Below are positions 58,414 to 64,000 of a stretch of 64,000 bases of DNA, piece by piece (the stretch's first letter is position 1; the number at the start of each line of letters is the position of its first letter). The notes beneath the pieces are model-generated. The model was not told the origin of the DNA and ran no database searches. It worked only from the letters and a program-made list of their open reading frames with translations. The translations under genes and the position numbers were made by a program. Origin of the DNA: the human T2T-CHM13v2.0 reference genome, Homo sapiens; the NCBI RefSeq assembly GCF_009914755.1, contig NC_060930.1. One strand, written 5' to 3'.

Positions 58414-60333
58414 CTGAAATGAAGAAGGAGGTAGTAAACACCAGCCATCAGTACTGGGTTCCGTGTAACTAACACACCTTTTAAAAAAGCTTCCTGAAAT
58501 AACGTTGCCTCCTCCGCATTTTGTAACTCTAAAGTAAAGAGCCAAATGTTTTAGAGGCATTAAATTCATCACTACCAGACAAAATGCTGGTGCAAATTAT
58601 AGATATAATGTCTTAAGAACTTTGCAGGTACTACAAAGGTGGAAGTAAGAATGTGGCTATAGGGAGAGAGTCTCATGCAGAATTAAATAATCCTGTGGCA
58701 TTCGTCAGTTAATCAAGTCAAAGGACTCCTAGGTGAGTGATGAACTGTGTTCAGACTTTTCCTTTTTAAAATTAAGAGCAGGGAGAAAATGCAAATTGGT
58801 ATGTAGTAAAACATAAGATTACTCTTTTATGGCTCACATACAAATTTTAAGAACTTTTTTATACTGGAGGAAAATAAAAGAAATAGGAACTAAGGACAGA
58901 GATCTATAAATTGCTCGTTATCTCTCTGGTCATAATTTGAATAGAGTCCTTCATAAACAAGACAGTTTACAAAGGATGGCAATCAGATAATCTGGGCCAT
59001 CAGATAATCAGATAAGTACCCACATAGTGTTCTGTGCTTGCTAGAGAGAAGAGAGCAGCATTCTATCACTGAGCTCACTGAGCATGCTCCTGCTTTCTAT
59101 CCATTTGGCTCTTCACTCCATCCTCAGCACCTGGAACACTGCCTGCTAGAAACAGGTGTTCAATAAATACTGATGTGCTAAAGGAGTAAATCCATTAATT
59201 CAAAGTGGTTTCCCATGTAAGGATGCTCCAAAAGTCCCTTGAAAACATTATCCAATGGCTTAATATTGTGTGGGTTGACTTGAAAAGTAATCAGACTCAA
59301 GAACCAAAGAACAAATGTTGCCTGTTTTTTTCTTTAATTTGAAGCATGAGTGAGGATTCCTTTAAACTCCGTTCCCTAACCGGTTATATTTGTAGGAAAA
59401 GAAGAAGGATGATTATTGGCTTTTGTTTTTAGATAATAAACATTTAGACAGTAAGAATTCTATCTGTTAGATGAATTTTGCAACCGAGTGCTTAATAGTA
59501 CTGTGTTTTCATGATTTTGTTCAAAAGTTGGTTGAATCGCAAGCAAATAAAAATCAGGTGAGAGATAATGAGTTGAAAATTGAATCTTTTCCTACCCCTT
59601 CAAAAATGCATGTTAACTCATAAAAGCAAAAGGGTGGATGCTGGGTAGTCTTTGTGTTCCATTTTAAACAGTAGGAGAGCAGAGATATTTCTTGATGATC
59701 ATAGTCACACTGTAACGGTAGTGAGTCCTGATGGCTCTTCTCAGGAGTAAATTTAACGGGCTGAGTGAAATGACCATCAAATGGTCTTGGGCAGGGTAGC
59801 CTCACAGTCAGGTCTAAGGGTTTCTAATGAGGCAGATTTTGTCAACACTCTTCCCTAATCTCCACTCATTCCCCATTCTTCTCCTCACAATTACAATAGC
59901 TAACATTTATTGAATTATTGCTATGTTTCAGGCACTCTTATAGGTGTTTTACACTAAATCTCATTGAATCATCTCAGCAACCCTATAAGGTAGCTGCTAT
60001 AATTAACCTCATTTTACAGCTGGGGCACAGGGAAGTTTAGTAAATTACCTGGATTAGGATTTGAAGGGGGCAGAGTGATTGACTCCAGAACCTGTGCTCT
60101 TAACTGGATGCCTTCCATAATCTCCACCAAAATCACATTTTTCATTTTGAACATTAGGATCCCCGCTGGTTTGCCTTAGCTCCAACTACTCCAATTATCT
60201 GCTTCCAGTAGTCAAATTCAGTCCCAGATCTCAAACTTTCTTAACCTAATACCCACTTCTTGACATAAGCTTTTCTATTCTGCCCACCTCAGGCAGAACT
60301 AATCTCATTCTTTACTTCCTACCCTAATAAATG

Positions 60334-60519
60334 TTGTGGGGTGGGGGGAGGGGGGAGGGATAGCATTAGGAGATATACCTAATGCTAAATGACGAGTTAA
60401 TGGGTGCAGCACACCAACATGGCACAAGTATACATATGTAACAAAACTGAACATTGTGCACATGTACCCTAAAACTTAAAGTATAATAATAATAAAATTT
60501 TAAATAATAATAATAATAA
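60334..60519 (+). mobile_element. Very short 5'-truncated L1PA (about PA3), 3' UTR only, (TAA)n tail
   Basis: G-tract, then cctaatgctaaatgacgagttaatgggtgcagcacaccaac; TSD taataaatg at 60325-60333 and 60520-60528. Confidence 0.9.
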
Positions 60520-61177
60520 TAATAAATGGAACAGAGCAGAATGATCTGTATTTTAATTCCACATGATATTTGCTCCCAATGTGATATTCTCAAAGTTACC
60601 TGTGCTATCTAAACTTAGTGGTCGTATCCGGGACATAAGTAGGATAATACTTAATTCATAAGCTTCTGTGAAGATTCAATTAAATGCAATAATTATTATA
60701 GTGCAGTGCAGGCACTTAGAAATGTATTAGTAGTATTATGTCCCAACTTGCTGTTAACAGCCTTTTGCATACATATCTTTGGTTAGTTAAACAATAATAT
60801 CCTCAGATAAATTTGATGTATAAGATTAGAGGTATATTTTCTCTTTCAATTTTGAGATTTAATAACGCATTCTTTTCTAGAAATTTATCCATTTACATCC
60901 AACCAACAATTCATGAAAATAGAAGTTTACCTGTGCCTTTTCCCAACTATAAATGTTTTTATCTTTGCCAATTTGATAGAAGAAAAATTGATAATTTATT
61001 TTTATTCTGCAATTCTGTGGTTGCTGTGAGGTTGAATATCTATCACATGCTTTTTAGCCATTTTTATAATATATATTATATATTATATTGGAATATATGA
61101 ATTGGAATACATATTATATTGGAATTATATATATTATATTGGAATATATATATATATAGGAAATATATATATATTTC

Positions 61178-61583
61178 CAATACCTTTTGGGGTACAAGTG
61201 GTTTTTGGTTACATGGATAAATTATATAGTGGTGAAGTCTGAGATCTTAGTGCACCTGTCACCCAAGTAGTATACATTGTACCCAACATGTAGTTTTTCA
61301 TCCCTCACTCCTCTCCTTCCCTCCCCCTTCTGAGTCTCCAAAGTCCATTATACCACTCTGCATGCTTTTGTGTACCCATAGCTTAGCTACCACTTATAAG
61401 TGAGAACATACGGTATTTGGTTTTCTATTCCTGGCCAAATAATGGCCTCCATAGAATAATGGCCTCCAGCTCCATCCAAGTTGCTGCAAAGACATTATTT
61501 CATTCCTTTTTATGGCTGAGTAGTATTCCATGGTGTATATATATCACATTTTTTTATCCACTCATCAGTTGATGGACACTTAT
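61178..61583 (-). mobile_element. L1PB (PB3-like) 3' fragment within older L1M sequence
   Basis: Same 3' UTR type as 21130-21781. Confidence 0.85.
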
Positions 61584-61924
61584 ACTTCTTTTTTGAAGTG
61601 GCTGTTTATATTCTAAATTCATCTTACATGCTTTTATGTGTATCAGGGATTTTTTCTTTAAAAACATTATTTATCATGTGTAATACTTTTTTTCCACTTT
61701 TTGGCTTTGCAGTTATTGTATTCTGTTGTCATAACAGTTTAAGTTTCTAAGTAGTCAAATTTATTGATAATTTCTTTTTAGGGAGTCTAAATTTTTTAAT
61801 TAGGCTTCTTAAGGCATTTCTACTTCAAGATTACAGAAACAGTCACCCCAATTTCTTCTAATATTTTTATGAAGTAAACACTTGCTTTGTTTTGTTTATT
61901 TGTCTGTTTGCATTTAAGTAAACC

Positions 61925-62215
61925 TTTCTGTTTTTGTTTCTTAGAAACAGAGTCACCCAGGCTGGAGCACAGTGGTGTAATCACAGCTGACAGCATCCTC
62001 GACCTCCCTGCTCAATCAATCCTCCCACCTCAGCCTCCTAAGTAGCTGGGACTACAGGTGCATGCCACCACGCCTAGCTAATTTTTGTATTTGTTGTAGA
62101 GACAGGAGTCTCACCATGTTGCCCAGGCTGGTCTCAAACTCCTGGGCTGAAGGGAACTGTCCGCCTCAGCCTCCCATAGTGCTGGAATTACAGGCATGAG
62201 CCATCGCACTTAACC
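61925..62215 (-). mobile_element. AluJ
   Basis: Diverged Alu consensus on the minus strand. Confidence 0.88.
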
Positions 62216-62954
62216 AAAAGTCATACCTTTTTACAAAATATATCCTGAAATTTATTTGAATCTGGCAGTTATGTAGGAATTTTTTATGCTACATGGATAG
62301 CAACTCATTGGTTTGAATTGTCATCTTTATCATATTTCACATTCTTTATGTACATGGTTTTATTTCTTGATTGTATTCTGTTTTACTCACAGGTTTATTC
62401 CTGTAGCAATAAAAACTATGCTAATTTGTAAATATTTTATAAAATTTCTGAATTATGATCTTATTATATTATTTTGTTTTAATGTTATATATTGATATAC
62501 AAGACAATTTTTCATGTCTGTACATTAATTTTTTAAAAATCTTCCAAATCCTATTATTTCTAATAGTCTTTCAGTTGATTTTCAGTTTATTTCTTTGGAA
62601 CTTAAGATACAAATCAAAAATAAATGTATTGTCATCACCCTCTAATATTATAAAAGCACATCATGTTTGTAACAGCCTTTAACTGTCTAGTGATAGAAAC
62701 CTTGATATCTCAGTATTTGATAACTTACTTTAGGGCATTGATTACATAATTCACTTCTTTTGTATTCCGAATTGCATCCACCACAGAGCTGAATATACAT
62801 AGATACCTAGGAAAATTTATTGAATGGAATCCATTCAATAAATTGATATTGAATGAAATTTATTGAATGGAATTGATACTCCTGAGCCCTTCTCAATATT
62901 AGTTCCTCAGTTGTTGTGATTTGTTAATTCAAAAAAAAAAGGGGGTTTGTGATG

Positions 62955-63225
62955 TAATTCAGGAATGGAAAACCAAACATCGTATGTTCTCACTGATAAG
63001 TGGGAGCAAAACTATGAGAATGCAAAGGCATAAAAATGATACAATGGGCTTTGGGGACTTAGGGGAAAGAGTGGGAGCAGGGTGAGGGATAAAAGACTAC
63101 AAATATGGTGTAGTGTATACATGGCTGATGGGTGCACCAAAATCTCACAGATCACCACTAAAGAATTTACTCATGTAACCAAATAGCACCTGTTCCCCCA
63201 ATAACTTATGGAAACATTAAAAAAG
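62955..63225 (+). mobile_element. L1PB1-like 3' end fragment
   Basis: caggaatggaaaaccaaacatcgtatgttctcact...atgggtgcaccaaaatctcacagatcaccactaaagaa. Confidence 0.85.
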
Positions 63226-64000
63226 GGTTTTGTTGCTAAAGATGGGAAAATTATGATTAAACAAAGCTTTTAACATGTTATTGTGCCCTGTGAATCTACA
63301 AAAAGAGGGCATAGCAAAATACACTTCCACAAATGATTCAACCGTGAATTCTTTTTTCTTTATCATAAAGGATCTCACAATACTAGAGTTCTGAAGAGCA
63401 TTAATTGTTTGTTGTTTTCTGCAGCACATGGCTTCTAGAATTCAAAAAAACTTTTCAGTTAATACTTTCAACTAGTACATGCAGATCTCTGTTAACGTAA
63501 GATAAAAGTAATGTAAAATACCAATGCTCAAGCATAGAACTCTGCTTCGTGCAATTTGGCCCACAATTCTAACATTTTATTTTTGGACAAGACATTCTTG
63601 TGGTGACTTTTTTTTTTTAAGAAAACATTTCTCAATATCAAGAATCACCCAATAAAATTATAGATGACCTTCAGAGTAAATGTCCATGTTTTTAAAAATG
63701 ATGCAGAAAATATAATAAACTTGAGCACTTTGTATATCCTCTCCTGTGAACCATGGTTACATTCAATTGTACATTCACTTCACTTTTGTCCCTCCAGGCC
63801 CTATGTGGGAACATGTAGTACTTTCACTGGTCAAATTGGCAGACCGTGTCTCTCTTGCTGTTGCCACACATCAGCTGTGCCATTCTCTGTAGGTGGTGAA
63901 CGGAAGGCAACTCAACAAAGGAACAAACTGTCTATTCCTACTGCCAAACCCTGGAAGCAAGGAGCCCACACAAAAAGATAAGAATAAATAAAACGACAGT

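Noticed and set aside
60337-60359. G-quadruplex motif (also near 48979-49001)
   Set aside because: Standard G-tract of L1PA 3' UTRs; not locus-specific
58414-64000. ROS1 exon 1 / main promoter
   Set aside because: No sequence encoding the MKNIYCLIPK signal peptide found; exon 1 must lie beyond the window end

Overview
Human genomic DNA (chr6q22) lying entirely inside the ROS1 receptor tyrosine kinase gene, which runs on the minus strand. I could reconstruct coding exons 2-22 of the classic 2347-aa ROS1 protein (about residues 42-1149: Cys-rich N-terminal region, five FN3 repeats, two YWTD beta-propeller regions). All introns are GT-AG and the reading phases are consistent. Exon 1, the transmembrane segment and the kinase exons lie outside the window. 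Exon and residue numbers follow the classic 43-exon model as I recall it, not a database lookup. The introns are filled with ordinary primate repeats (13 Alus or Alu monomers, several L1s, L2, MIR, hAT DNA transposons, LTR33, microsatellites); repeat subfamily calls are by eye. There are no prokaryote-type systems, RNA genes or CRISPR arrays. The most notable items are: (1) a complete 1.4-kb solo LTR12 (ERV9) in intron 17, in the same orientation as ROS1, with intact CCAAT/GATA/TATA-like elements but a degraded poly(A) signal, making it a candidate internal promoter for ectodomain-truncated ROS1; (2) a 27-nt in-frame microexon (NDTYATVCE) and an alternative exon 13 acceptor, both differing from the classic protein; (3) four exons whose first bases regenerate a 5' splice site after splicing; (4) an inverted Alu pair tightly flanking exons 12-15; (5) a rare GAG acceptor, a NAGNAG acceptor and a Gln167 allele.
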